Source of the DNA: Octopus vulgaris
Lineage: Eukaryota
Assembly: GCA_951406725.2 (NCBI GenBank)
Contig: OX597825.1
Span: 13,950,001-14,014,000 of the forward strand
Length of the DNA stretch: 64,000 nucleotides
Direction: 5' to 3'
Each line of letters starts with the position of its first letter. The first letter of the stretch is position 1. A program made the translations under genes and the position numbers. Of the stretch, positions 27,373-39,687 are shown one piece after another. Below the pieces are notes generated by a model, which was not told the DNA's origin, ran no database searches, and saw nothing but the letters and a program-made list of their open reading frames with translations.

Positions 27373-27958
27373 GTGTGTATGTATATATACATATATATAT
27401 ATATGTATATATATATGTATATATAGATAAACATACATATACACACACATACACACCTATACATATGTATGTAAGCAAACGCTGGAGAGTATATACACAT
27501 ATATAGATATAATTTCACTTATATACTTATGCAAGCATGGCTATATGATTTAAGAAGAATTTCCTTTCATGACCCAACCTCTTGGTTCCAGTTCGAATCC
27601 CCTATATTGCATGGAAGCTTGGGCAAATATACATTCTAGCATCACTTTGTATCAATCTAAAGCTAAATGAGTGAAATTAGGCAGAAATTATGCGGAAACT
27701 CATCAGATTGTTTTCTTCTTGTGTGATAGATTGAAAATGTGGGTTGGTTTAACACCACCACTTGCCCTCTGGGTGCCTTTAGTGAAGTCCACTCTTTTAC
27801 AAGCGTTTAGACCAGATCTCAAGTTCGAAGGTAACTCACAGTTTGTACAGTATTTCTCCGTTTCGCTCACCTTTCTCATATGTCCATAGAACTTTACATA
27901 AAAGGTCATGGACATTTCCTGTTCCTCTTTTGACCCAGCCATGTAAAAATATGTATGT

Positions 27959-28017
<59 letters not shown>

Positions 28018-28384
28018 TATATATATATATATACATATATATACATATGCATATATATAAATAGATATATATACACATATATACATATATACATATATAT
28101 AGTTATATATATGTATATACAGTGTCTATACATACATATATATATACATTGAAAATGGGGAACTCTGGTTTATGGGATTACCTTAGGTTTCTGACCCATA
28201 AAGGGGTTAGCATTATGGTGTATCGTCAGATCCCAAAAGCCTTTTGCCACATCTATACATATGTGTGCGTGTCTGTGTGTGTGTGTATGTCTGTATACAC
28301 ATATACATGCCTATATATATATATATATATATATATATAGGTATGTATATGTGTATACACACATACATACATATGTATTTCTAC

Positions 28385-28503
28385 GAAGGGCATCCAGCTG
28401 TAGAAAAATTGCCACATCGGATTGGAGCCTGGTGTAGCTGCTGGCTCTCCAGACCTCAGTCAAACCGTCCAACCCATGCCAGCATGGAAAACGGACGTTA
28501 AAC

Positions 28504-28544
<41 letters not shown>
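28385..28544 (+). mobile_element. Family D 3' part
   Basis: gaagggcatccagctgtagaaa...ggacgttaaac(gat)n. Confidence 0.88.
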
Positions 28545-28545
<1 letters not shown>

Positions 28546-29589
28546 ACATATACACATAGTAGATTCAAGAATAAATATTAGGTTCACACCACAAGCCGAA
28601 TTCTTGAATTCACTGTATTATTCTCTGTGACTAATAAATTGTCCCTGGAATTTTCAACAATTTGCATAAACAGTTTCCTTTAAGGAAAAGCATCCAATTC
28701 TCTGCATTCAGTCAGCTACTTTCCACAGAAGTGCAGGCCAATGATACAGCTCAGATTTCTCAATTCCCTTTTTTATTATATAAACTTATATATATATTTG
28801 ATACTTATTCTAACATATGTCTATGTACAGGTATGCTATTTAATATACACTTGATCTTAATATACGTTTGATCTTAAAATTCTATTGATAGATTAAAAGG
28901 ATAGCTACTGAAATCAAAGCTTAAGAGTACATGATTATTTATAAATAATATCGAATTTCATGTTACGTCGGTTGATAAAATTATTAACTAAATCTAAACT
29001 GAATATATCTCGTTTCAAGGAATATCTTTCCTTGAAAGACAAAGAACAAAATAAGAAACCCACGCCCAAATCATAGCAGAAATAAAAATGGTACAAAATA
29101 AAATTTACTTTTGTAATTAAATTGTACCATAATTTTTGTTCATTTCAGATAACTGTTTTCCCTTCCCAGGAGATTGCGAAGATAAAAAGAAAGGTTTTGT
29201 TCATTGATTCTTCCACTAGTCAATGGAATATCTTCCGTGCAGAGATGGATTTCATACAGAGACAACAGAAAGCATTGATTACTTCGTTAATTTATGAAAC
29301 AATTAAATAGTAATAAATAACACTTCGCTATTCGGTTACTTCATTAACATAGAAAACAATTAGTTTAATTACTTATAGATAACGCTTCTACGCTGTTTAT
29401 TAGTTTCCACTGTTTGACATTATGGTACACTGTTTACAATTAAAGACGGAAAAGCATTTAATATGAAAGAAAATAATTCTTATAGCTATAGAGCAATTTG
29501 TTACAATGGATATTCTAATACACCTGACTTTCTGGTTCTGGTCTGAGCCTAATTAATCAGACGACCATAGAGACAGTGTATGCTTTCTG

Positions 29590-29658
<69 letters not shown>

Positions 29659-29740
29659 TGAGGGAATATTATTCCAAACTTACAAGGAATAATTCAATTT
29701 AGAAATACTAAATCAAATTTACAAAATATAATATATATAT

Positions 29741-29832
29741 ATATAAATTAGAAAATAACCACCTTTTATCAATTCAATAGATGGTATAATTTAATTTTTC
29801 ATTATTGAATTGATAAAAGGTGTTTTTTAATC

Positions 29833-29836
<4 letters not shown>
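29741..29836. repeat. Fold-back inverted repeat between (TA)n tracts
   Basis: Perfect 20-bp arms caccttttatcaattcaata (29760-29779) / tattgaattgataaaaggtg (29803-29822), with imperfect extension. Confidence 0.8.
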
Positions 29837-29897
<61 letters not shown>

Positions 29898-30476
29898 TGT
29901 TGTATTTCGGAATGGTCATTTTGCCAGTTTAGCCAGTAAAAACACACGCACTATATATTTCGTGTTACTTTGCTTCAGTGTTATTTCAACACACAACTTA
30001 ACATAAAAAATCTTGCACAACAAATATATATATATATATATATGCATACATACATACACACACATACCCATATATATATATATATATTGCATACATAGGA
30101 AAAGATATGATAAACACAACATGTAGTTTATATTATTCATTCCCTACACATGTTTCAATGTTGTGGCTATTTGCCTGCTCTGCACTGGATGTTCACAGTG
30201 CATTTGAATGTAGAGCCACAACAGTTATTCAGGGAACCGCAATATTACATTACATTAAAACTATAGATATTTACACATGGACATGCATTTTTATATTACA
30301 CTACAAGTAAAAGTTTTATAAGTTTTAGTGAAATAAGGTCTTCATCTATTTATTTCTAAAGGATTCTCTAAGCTTTGAAACCTAAAGAGTTACACAGAAC
30401 CATTTAAGAATGCATTGCAGTTGAGTTGGGCAGGTTTTAACATTTATCTATATAAATATCAACACATTATTATTAC

Positions 30477-30587
<111 letters not shown>

Positions 30588-31656
30588 TATTAATATTATT
30601 TGTAAGATAAAAATACTTGGCTTTCTATTATCTCTTGTATGAATTTCATTCGATTTAGGTTCCCCTCCACCCCCTTTTTTAGCCATAGAGGCACTCAGCA
30701 CATTTCTGCTTGACCAAAGAGCAAAGGTCACTCACACAAAACAAGAGAGGAATACAAATAAATCAGGCACTAATGCAATTTAGCCATATTATGGATCCTT
30801 TGTCTTTTTCCCCCCTCGCCAAACTGTTACACATATTTCTATTCACTATGCTTTTTACCTTTATTCCGTCTTACTTCGTTTTCTTACCTTTTTATGCTCA
30901 TCTTTACCTTTTTCCCGGCCTTTTAATGTTTACCTCTGTCTAGTTAATGTTTCTATTTTTCCTGTTCATTTTTTTCTTTTTGTTTCCTATTCTTCTAAAT
31001 GTCTATATTTGAATCTCACCACCCCCCACTTGAATTTTTTTATTTCTTGATTTTCTTTTTTCTTTTCCGTTTCTTCTGACCTCTCTCTTTCCTGACATGT
31101 CCAAAAGTTTTCTGAACATACAGCTCATTTCTTTGAAGGTTGTTATTTAAATATGCTCGCTCACTTCCTTCACAGAGTATAATGCGCCTTAATATTTTTT
31201 TACATGCTATTTTGGATCAAGAGCAGGAAGGTAGGTTTAAACCCATCAATAGCTTCGTATTTTAACTGGTCTGTGTCCACTCGAACATCTGAACAAAATA
31301 TACCGAGCAGTGAAGTTGGTCTTCTTCGGCTTATATCCTCTAACCCTTTCCCGCCAAATGATAACCATTATTCTTATGGTTTTTTTCTTACCCTTCTTTT
31401 TCTTAAATCCTTTGCTGACTTAATTATTGTTTTTTTCTTTATTTTGGCCCTCTTGAATTTTTCTCACTAATTGACTCATCAATTTTTTACATAATTTTTT
31501 TCATGCTTCAACTAAAATACAAAACAAGAAATGAAAAATTTATAAAAAAAAAAATAATAATTAAATCTAGTATAAAACAAATTCAATCTGCAACAACATC
31601 TTTCTTCACAAACTCAGACTCTGTGATAAGAAACATCCTTATTTTAAGCTTCTTCA

Positions 31657-31870
31657 AGGCAGCAAGCTGGCAGAATCGTTAGCAAGCCAGGCAAAACACT
31701 TAGCAGCATTTCCTCCGTCTTCATGTTCTAAGTTCAAACTCCAATGAGGTCAACTTTGCTTTCATCCTTTCAGGGTCAATAAAATAAGTACCAGTTATTC
31801 ACTAGGGAAAATTGTAATCAACTTATCTCAGCCCTTGAAATTGCAGGGCCTATGCCAGAATTCGAAACTG
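31657..31870 (+). mobile_element. Family B SINE
   Basis: aggcagcaagctggcagaatcgttagc head, Meta-like core; flanked by repeated ttattttaagcttctt (probable TSD). Confidence 0.85.
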
Positions 31871-32289
31871 TTATTTTAAGCTTCTTCTTTTCTTAATTAA
31901 CGTGAATAAAACTAATTAATAATCTACTCAAATTTTGTGTCATTCCAATTAGGTTTGATTGCAACCTTGATATATATGATATACATACTAATATAGTGTC
32001 TAATTAAATATTTTTTTAATTGAAAAAATATTATGGAGGGATTTTTCTTTTTGTCTAGGTAAATGACAAATTAAAGAGGGATTAAAATTAACTTTATTGG
32101 TTGTACAGTGTCTGTGTGTCAGATTGAAACCGTACACAGAAAATGTAAAATGGACTCAAACATTTCAATGTAAGATTATAATGAGGAATATTATATTTGC
32201 AATTAGTTTTAACTTGTCTTCTTTTGATATCTTCATTCGAAATCTCTGGCAGCTACATTTCCATTCACTAATTACCAATACATATTAAT

Positions 32290-32590
32290 GTGGAGGCACA
32301 TGGCCTAGTGGTTAGAGCAGTGGACTCATGGTCGAGGGATTGTGGGTTTCAATCTCAGACTGGGCGATGTGTGTGTTTATGAGCGAAACACCTAATTCCC
32401 ACGCGGCTCCGGCAGAAGGTAATGGCAAACTTCTGCTGACTCTTTTGCCACAACTTTCTCTCTCTCTTTCCTGTTGCAGCTCACCTGCGATAGACCCGTG
32501 TCCTGTTCAGGTGGGGAACCTATATGCCAAGGAAACTGGGAAACCGGCCCTAATGAGCCAGGCGTGGCTCGAGAAGGAACAAACAACAAT
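32290..32590 (+). mobile_element. Family C SINE, full length
   Basis: Collinear with 18627-18933. Confidence 0.9.
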
Positions 32591-32930
32591 ACATGATAGG
32601 CATTCCTCTGCTGATATACAGCTGAGGATCTTTATTTACTGAGGAAATATTAAATAATACTATCGCATTGTAACGAATAAAAATGATGCCCTTGTAGGGA
32701 TTTCATCAAAACCTTATAAGAAGTAATACACATTTATCTGCCATTTTACTTTAGCAAACTGTGTACTGTAATCTGCCCCAGCCCAGGTCAATCCCGCCAC
32801 ATTTTCTTCATTGCCCTAATTCCAACCCTACAAATATTTTAGAAATAATCTTTCCTCCCAAGGGACTACAATCTTCTAGAATTTCTTTCATGTCCAATGT
32901 TTTAGAAATACAAACTGAATATTAGTTATA

Positions 32931-33322
32931 GGCACAGATGCAGCAGTGTGGTAAGAAGCTTGCTTCCCAACCACATGGTACTTGGTTCAATCCCACACTG
33001 TGGTACTTAGGGTAAGTGCCTTCTGCTATAGCCTCAGGTTGACCAAAGCCCTGTGAGTGCAGTTGCTAGACAGAAACTGAAAGAATCCTATTGTATATGT
33101 GTGTATGTGTGTATATATATAGGTTTGTGATTGTGTCTGTATTTGTCTGCTAGCACTGCTTGACAAACGGTGTTGGTGTGTTTGCATCCCTGTAACTTAG
33201 CAGTTCAGCTTAAGAGACTGATAGAATATGTACCAGTTGATTCATTCAACTAAAAATTCTTCAAGGCAGTACTCCAGTATGGTCGTAGACTAATGACTGA
33301 AAACATGTAAAAGTTAAAAGAT
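32931..33322 (+). mobile_element. Family A SINE, full length, diverged
   Basis: Head, CORE-like motif, internal microsatellite, aatgactgaaaacatgtaaaag tail. Confidence 0.85.
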
Positions 33323-34959
33323 AAATGGTTAAAGCTATTGATAGCATTAGACTGGGAAATGTGTAAAGATTATAGCCGTTGCACTACTTCCTACAAATTT
33401 TAACAAAATTTCCATTTTGATAACAAAACATGGTAGGGGTACAGTCAATTGCTTGAACAGCTATCAAACCTGAAGTGAAAAGGGCAAATAAAAGGGGACA
33501 AAATAATCTAATCCGAAAAAAAGGGAGTTAAAGAATATTTCAAGAGAGTTGAACGACAGAAGGTCTTCAGAGAAGAAACCCTCCTCAGGCAAGTATTTTA
33601 GCTCTTCTTACACTCTAAAGGGGCTAGGTTGCATGCTTGTTATGACCCCTGGATGCCCATCTGCTGACACTTTTTAGCTGCTTAGGTAAAAAAAAGGTCA
33701 AGTTACATTCTTGAGTCATAGTGACTCAAAAGGGCCAGTTTCCTGCTTTCCATGACATATATATTTCCCACCCCCCTGGATGGGGTGCGAGTCCAGAGCA
33801 GGATTAACTCACTTTTGCCAGCTGAGTGGACTGGATCAAGACCTAAAACAATGCAAAGTGCATTGTGACTAGCGATGTATATCATCTGATAGTCTGGTCG
33901 ATACCATAGTACCATGATATATTTTTGTACTACATCTCTCTTTGTTTATGATAGCTGCTTCAAGAAAAAAAAGAAAAAAAGAAGAAAGAAAAACGTGAAA
34001 TGAATCTGAGACAAATGAATAACAGAACATATAAGAAGAATCGGTTTTATTCTGAGACCCTAAGTTACCTTAAACATTGTGGATGGTTACTAGGGAATAT
34101 TTTTGTGGTTCAGGCAGAAACTTTGACAGGTTACTGAGCCATGTTGTCTTAGATCATTTTGTGATAAGTATTACATGGTTCACAATTGAGCAATTGAACA
34201 TCCCATTTTATTCTCAATAAATGATGGATCAATCTGTTATAAGTTAGGATAAATGCATTGCCTTCTCTGTAAACATTTCCCAAATGACTCTTATTCATAT
34301 CTGTCTTTCAGACTATAAACTCCATTTAAATCTATAAACTCTGGTCCTTGTATATTTGTGTATTTAATATAGATCAAATAGAGTGACAAATGGTCTGGCC
34401 TTCTGCAAAGTATTATACATTGCTTAATTATCTTTCTCTCAATTCTGAATCCAAATTCCTTTGTGATTGTCTTTGTCTTTCAGGATTGATATAATATGTG
34501 CCTATATATGCACTGCAGTTGATTCAATTTGAACCTGTGTTCTAGCATTATTTATCATAGACAATATACTGAAAACAGATGACATTCTAAATGATATTGC
34601 TTTCTCCACTCTCAATAATTTAGGTGGCTGAGTAGATAAGAATTAAAATGATCAATTTGAAATTTAAGGGAAATGATGTCTAACCCTTAGCATTCAGAAG
34701 CTAGCATGGCCAAATTTCATAACTCTTAAAAGGTCCACTCGACTAAGCTATAAAGAGGAACCACTTAACAAGCAGTAGCCATTCAGTAAATTTCGGTAAA
34801 TGTTTTATTAGAATGCAAATCAATGCTTTCTATCCCGCTTTACATTCTGAGTTCAAATTCTACTGGAGTCAACATGCCACTTATCCTTTCGGGGTCGATA
34901 AAATAAGTACCAGTTTAACACTACGGTTGATGTAATCAACATGGCCCCTCCTCCACTAT

Positions 34960-35049
34960 GGCATACAGCATAGTGGTTAAGAGTGTGGGCTACTAACCTT
35001 AAGATTCCGAGTTCAATTCCAAGTGGTGACCTGAATAATAATCATGATG

Positions 35050-35092
<43 letters not shown>

Positions 35093-35349
35093 TATTAATA
35101 ATAATAATTATTATAATAATAATAATAATAATCATAATGATAATAATAATCATAATGATAATAATAATAATAATCATAATAATAATAATAATAATAATAA
35201 CATCGAAAAATACCTTAGGAATGAGAACCCGGTTCGAAATTTCCCCAAGAACAGCTGATGAAGGCTGGAGGGTATATCAGCTGAAACGTTGTGTTGACAA
35301 CAAACAAGATGAGGATAAATATCTGTCAAATGTAAATAATGTAAATAAT
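34960..35349 (+). mobile_element. tRNA-headed element with internal (AAT)n and a Penelope-like hammerhead-bearing 3' module
   Basis: A box cagcatagtgg, B box gagttcaattcc (35009-35020), AAT array 35034-35200, hammerhead 35250-35295; second copy at 42604-42893 (-). Confidence 0.8.
35250..35295 (+). ncRNA. Minimal type I hammerhead ribozyme motif
   Basis: aacag-CTGATGA-a-ggctg[gagggtatat]cagct-GAAA-cg-TT-gtgtt: both core boxes, stem II and a palindromic ACGT in place of stem III; stem I has a mismatch next to the core. Confidence 0.65.
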
Positions 35350-35410
35350 GACTTTCCCACTGTGTTATATATAAACTTATTGTCTATACTTTCTGATTTT
35401 TATCGTGTTT

Positions 35411-35848
35411 TTTACTGGTTTTAGTCATTAGGTTGTGGCCATGCAGGAGCACCACTCTGAAGATCTTTTAGTTAAATGATTCAGCCTCAGTACTTTACTT
35501 TTTTTTTATAAGTCTGGTGCTTATTTTGTCAGTGTCTTTTTGCCAAGCTGCTAAGTTACAGAGATGTAGACACACCAACATCAGTTGTCAAGCAGTAAGG
35601 GGAACAAACACAGACACACATACACACACACATACATACTTAGATAATACATACATATATACACTCATCCATACATGTGTGTGTGATAGGCTTCTTCCAG
35701 TTTCTGGCTACCAGATCCATTCACAAGGCTTTGCTTGGCCTGAGGTTATAATAAAAGATACCTGCCCAAGGTGTCATGCAGTGGGACTGAACCAAGAACC
35801 ATGTGACTGAGAAACAAGCTTTTTACTACACAGCCACATCTGTACCTG
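35411..35848 (-). mobile_element. Family A SINE, full length, diverged
   Basis: Collinear with 38140-38520. Confidence 0.85.
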
Positions 35849-36744
35849 TATCACCTGTGCCTATGTAGCAATACCTACACTTAACCATTATTAATTCCTT
35901 ACTTAATTACTCTAACTTTATGTACGCATCTCAGTAAAAACCCCTGTATTCAAAGAAGCCCATCAGATGCAGCGTTTTGTCCCTACATTGTTTCTACCCT
36001 TTTTATAATTATTTTTCACCTTTGACCTGATACATTTACCTGTGTCAGTAATGAAATTTTGTCATCACTTTCCGGTATATATTTTTATTAAGCAATTTCT
36101 TTTTCCTAAATCTTGTCTTTTCTCTCTCTCATTTCGCCAGCTTTCATTTCTTAATTTTCCCTAATTTATTCATTACCTATTCATTAGTTTATTGTTTCAT
36201 TAATTTGCACAAATATAATTGGAATTTTTACATTTTTATTTTTCAATAATTTCCTATATTTTTGTCTACCAATAATCTTTTTTTTGTTGCCCAGACATCC
36301 TTCTAACTTCAATAATCTCTCTCTCTCTCTTCCTATACCTTTCTTCCATCTCCCACCCCTCCCCTCAACTAAGCCATTATCAAACTATTAATTATTTCCT
36401 TTATTATCTACTTAATTAATATACTTACAAATTTTAGCACAAAACCAGCAATTTTCGTGCCAGCAGTGTGCGTGGGTGGGGCAGTCGATTCATGTCAACA
36501 CTTCCCCTTCCCCAGCGTTCAACTTAATCCTACTTTATTGACCCTGCCAAATGGATGCGTACATGAAAGGCAAAACCGAGCAAGGTGGAATTTGAACTCA
36601 GAACATGAAGTGTTAGAAGAAATACTGCTAAACATTTTGCGCAATATCCTATCCCAAAGCATTAATAATTCTGTCAGCTAGTTACCTTAATCTATTTATC
36701 ACAATAATTCTTTCCCAGATTTGTTTTCTGTCATAATCAATTCT

Positions 36745-36778
<34 letters not shown>

Positions 36779-36782
<4 letters not shown>

Positions 36783-36956
36783 AAATTAAAAAAGGAAAAT
36801 ACACACACTTACATGGTTATAATATAATTTTTAATATATCGACTGGTTTCACAATCGCTATTCATGATATAATGTTTAATTTATATGAATATATAGTTTT
36901 TCTTAAATTATATTATAACCATGTAAGTGTGCGTATTTTCCTTTTTTAATTTCTTA
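36779..36956. repeat. Fold-back inverted repeat, 52-bp arms, decayed hammerhead-like motif in the loop
   Basis: 36779-36830 vs 36905-36956, one mismatch; between (TA)n tracts. Confidence 0.9.
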
Positions 36957-37009
36957 TATACATTACAATCCACTACGTGGGGACAACCGAAATTCATCTT
37001 TTCTGTTAC

Positions 37010-37059
<50 letters not shown>

Positions 37060-37064
37060 TTTTA

Positions 37065-37270
37065 TTCTTTTACTCGCTTCAGTCATTTGACTGCAGCCAT
37101 GCTGGAGCACTGCAAAAGAGTCAGCAGAAGTTCGCCATTACCTTCTGCCGGAGCCACATGGAGCTTAGGTGTTTCGCTCATAAACACACACATTGCCCGG
37201 TCTGAGATTCGAACCTGCGATCCCTCGACTGCGAGTCCGCTGCTCTAACCACTAGGCCATATGCCTCCAT
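37065..37270 (-). mobile_element. Family C head abutting a family A tail
   Basis: 37113-37270 is the reverse complement of the family C head; 37065-37112 is the family A terminal segment. Confidence 0.8.
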
Positions 37271-37470
37271 ATATCATATAAGTACCACTAAAAACAATGT
37301 TTTCTTGTAGTGTATGTTTGGGACAATACTGCCGGTCCTCTTTAACCCCAGCTGGTCTACTGTGGCTGCTTATAGCGATCAGATGTTTGTTCTCTATAGT
37401 ACTGCCATTTTTTCCAGTTTGAGGAACTGGGCCACAACAGGCAGGAACCATCGTCAAAGAAAATGAACTA

Positions 37471-37841
37471 GGCACAGGCATGGGTGAGTGGTAAGACGTT
37501 TGCTTCCCAACCACATGGTTCCAGGCTCACTCCCACTGTGGGGCACCTTGGGTGAATGTCTTCTATTATAGCCTCATGGATTTTGTAGATGGAACCTGAA
37601 AAATGCCCATCATATATATATATGCATATGTGTGTGCCTTCATTTGTCCTCAACCACTGCTTCACAATCGGTGTTAGTGGGATTACATCCCCATGACATA
37701 GCAAGTCAGCAAAAGAGACTGATAGAATAAATAGCAAATTTAAAAACAAAAATAAGCACCGGGATTGGTTCATTCAACTAAAATTCTTCTAAGCAGTGCC
37801 CCAGCGTGGCCACAGTCTAGTAACTGAAAGGCATAAAAGAT
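37471..37841 (+). mobile_element. Family A SINE with internal deletion
   Basis: Head, gggcaccttgggtgaatgtcttcta core, tail gcagtgccccagcgtggccacagtc. Confidence 0.85.
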
Positions 37842-38139
37842 AATCAATAATTGACACTGACCATTCAACTTGACCTACAGCATTCTCTAACATTTTTTTG
37901 GAACATTAGTTATATTATAATTTCTTTAATTATTTTACAGTTAATGTCTGTTGTCGTAAATCTTTAAAACAAAAAAAAACAAACAAAGATTAGCTTCTGG
38001 ACAGTTATCGCTTTAGGAATTAAAAATTAATAATCTAATGTCTAATATAAAGCAGTACCTCCATTATTTGTTGTTTATCTCATCAGTCAGGGAGATCTAA
38101 AATTTTTAAGCATTTCAACCACGTTTTTTTTTCTATACT

Positions 38140-38520
38140 ATTTTACTCTTTTACTTGTTTCAGTCATTTGACTGCGGCCATGCTGGAGCACCACCTTTAG
38201 TCGAGCAAATCGACTCTGGGACTTATTCTTTGTAAGCCCAGTACTTATTCTATCGGTCTCTTTTGCCGAACCTCTAAGTGAGGGGGACGTAAACACACCA
38301 GCATCGGTTGTCAAGGGGACAAACACAGACACACAAACACACACACACATACATATATACGACAGGCTTCTTTCAGTTTCCGTCTACCAAATCCACTCAC
38401 AAGGCATTGGTCGGCCCGGGGCTATAGCAGAAGACACTTGCCCAAGATGCCACGCAGTGGGACTGAACCCAGAACCATGTGGTTGGTTAGCATGCTACTT
38501 ACCACACAGCCACTCCTGCT
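38140..38520 (-). mobile_element. Family A SINE, full length, low divergence
   Basis: Very similar to 44131-44540. Confidence 0.92.
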
Positions 38521-38897
38521 CTATGGTGGTGTAGTTTTTGCAACAACTTGATTTATTGTTTCCTAGCTTCTTAAAAAAACTTGGTGTGATTTTGTGGAAT
38601 TTTGGTACTAACTTTTGCAAGTTGAGTCACCAGAGATCACAGTAACACTCTCACTGGCTGTTGTATCCTCCATCTCCGATACTGTGGTACTGCCACGATA
38701 TTGTGAGGAATGGTTTAGAAGTAGTGTACCAGTGTTGTAACAGTAAACAAGATAAGATAACAATGCAGCCGTCATAACAACATAGCTATCCAACAATCTC
38801 TTCATGAACCAACACTCATTGTTCCAAACGAACTGACCAACTCACACCTTCTGACTTCATTACAAACTCAGCTTGAACTAACACACAAACTTTACGA

Positions 38898-39052
38898 GTA
38901 CAACAGGGGTCACCCCCCCCCTCCTGCTGGAGCCTTGTGGAGCTTTAAGTGTTTTCACTCAATAAACACACACAAAGCCCAGTCTGGGAATCAAGACCGC
39001 AATCCCCCGACCATGAGTCTGCTGCCATAACCACTGGGCCATTGCGCCTCCA
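38898..39052 (-). mobile_element. Family C variant SINE 5' part
   Basis: taaccactgggccattgcgcctccac is the reverse complement of the head; same variant at 58838-59030. Confidence 0.8.
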
Positions 39053-39448
39053 CATAAACTGTATATAGTGTTTATATCCTTTCATAAATACAAGAGTGTG
39101 TGTGTGTGTGTGTGTATGTGTGTGAGTGTATGGAGATGTGTATGGGCATAGTTTTGCCATGTGATGAAGAATTTTGCTTCATAATAAGAATTATATGAAG
39201 GGCAATGTATCCCTATGAATTGCTCTGGTACTGAAATGAGCTTGTGATTCAGTTGACTGAATAACAGAAGACTCATCCTTGAAACTCACTGAGGTCCATG
39301 TATGTATATGTTTATTCATGTGTGTCTGTTATGCTGTGCATGTATTTACAATGTGCAGCTGATTATATTTCAAGAATGCTGTTTTGCAAATGTGAGGCTG
39401 TTTTGAAAACATATAGTGAGTGTATGAATTTTAGATTATCACTTATCT

Positions 39449-39687
39449 ATATTCCGTTGTGTCTGAGGAGAGTCATTTTCTTTTTGTGCCTTATAATGTA
39501 ACACACTCACCGGTAAAATTTCTACTTATTTCTTATTGTTATTTTCCCAAAATTTTCGTTGCGTCTTGCAACATTTTCAATAGTCTTAGGAAAGTAAAAA
39601 TAAGAAATAAGTGGAAATTTTACCGGTGAGTGTGTGAAATTATAAGGCACAAAATGAAAATGACTCTCCCCAGACACAACAGAATAT
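39449..39687. repeat. Fold-back inverted repeat, ~100-bp imperfect arms
   Basis: 39449-39550 vs 39586-39687 (e.g. acacactcaccggtaaaattt / aaattttaccggtgagtgtgt); 35-bp loop with gttgc/gcaac hairpin. Confidence 0.92.

Noticed and set aside
27703-27945. Minus-strand ORF segment [15 protein letters not shown]...
   Set aside because: Unique-looking, but no recognisable motif or convincing splice signals; the upstream part is microsatellite.
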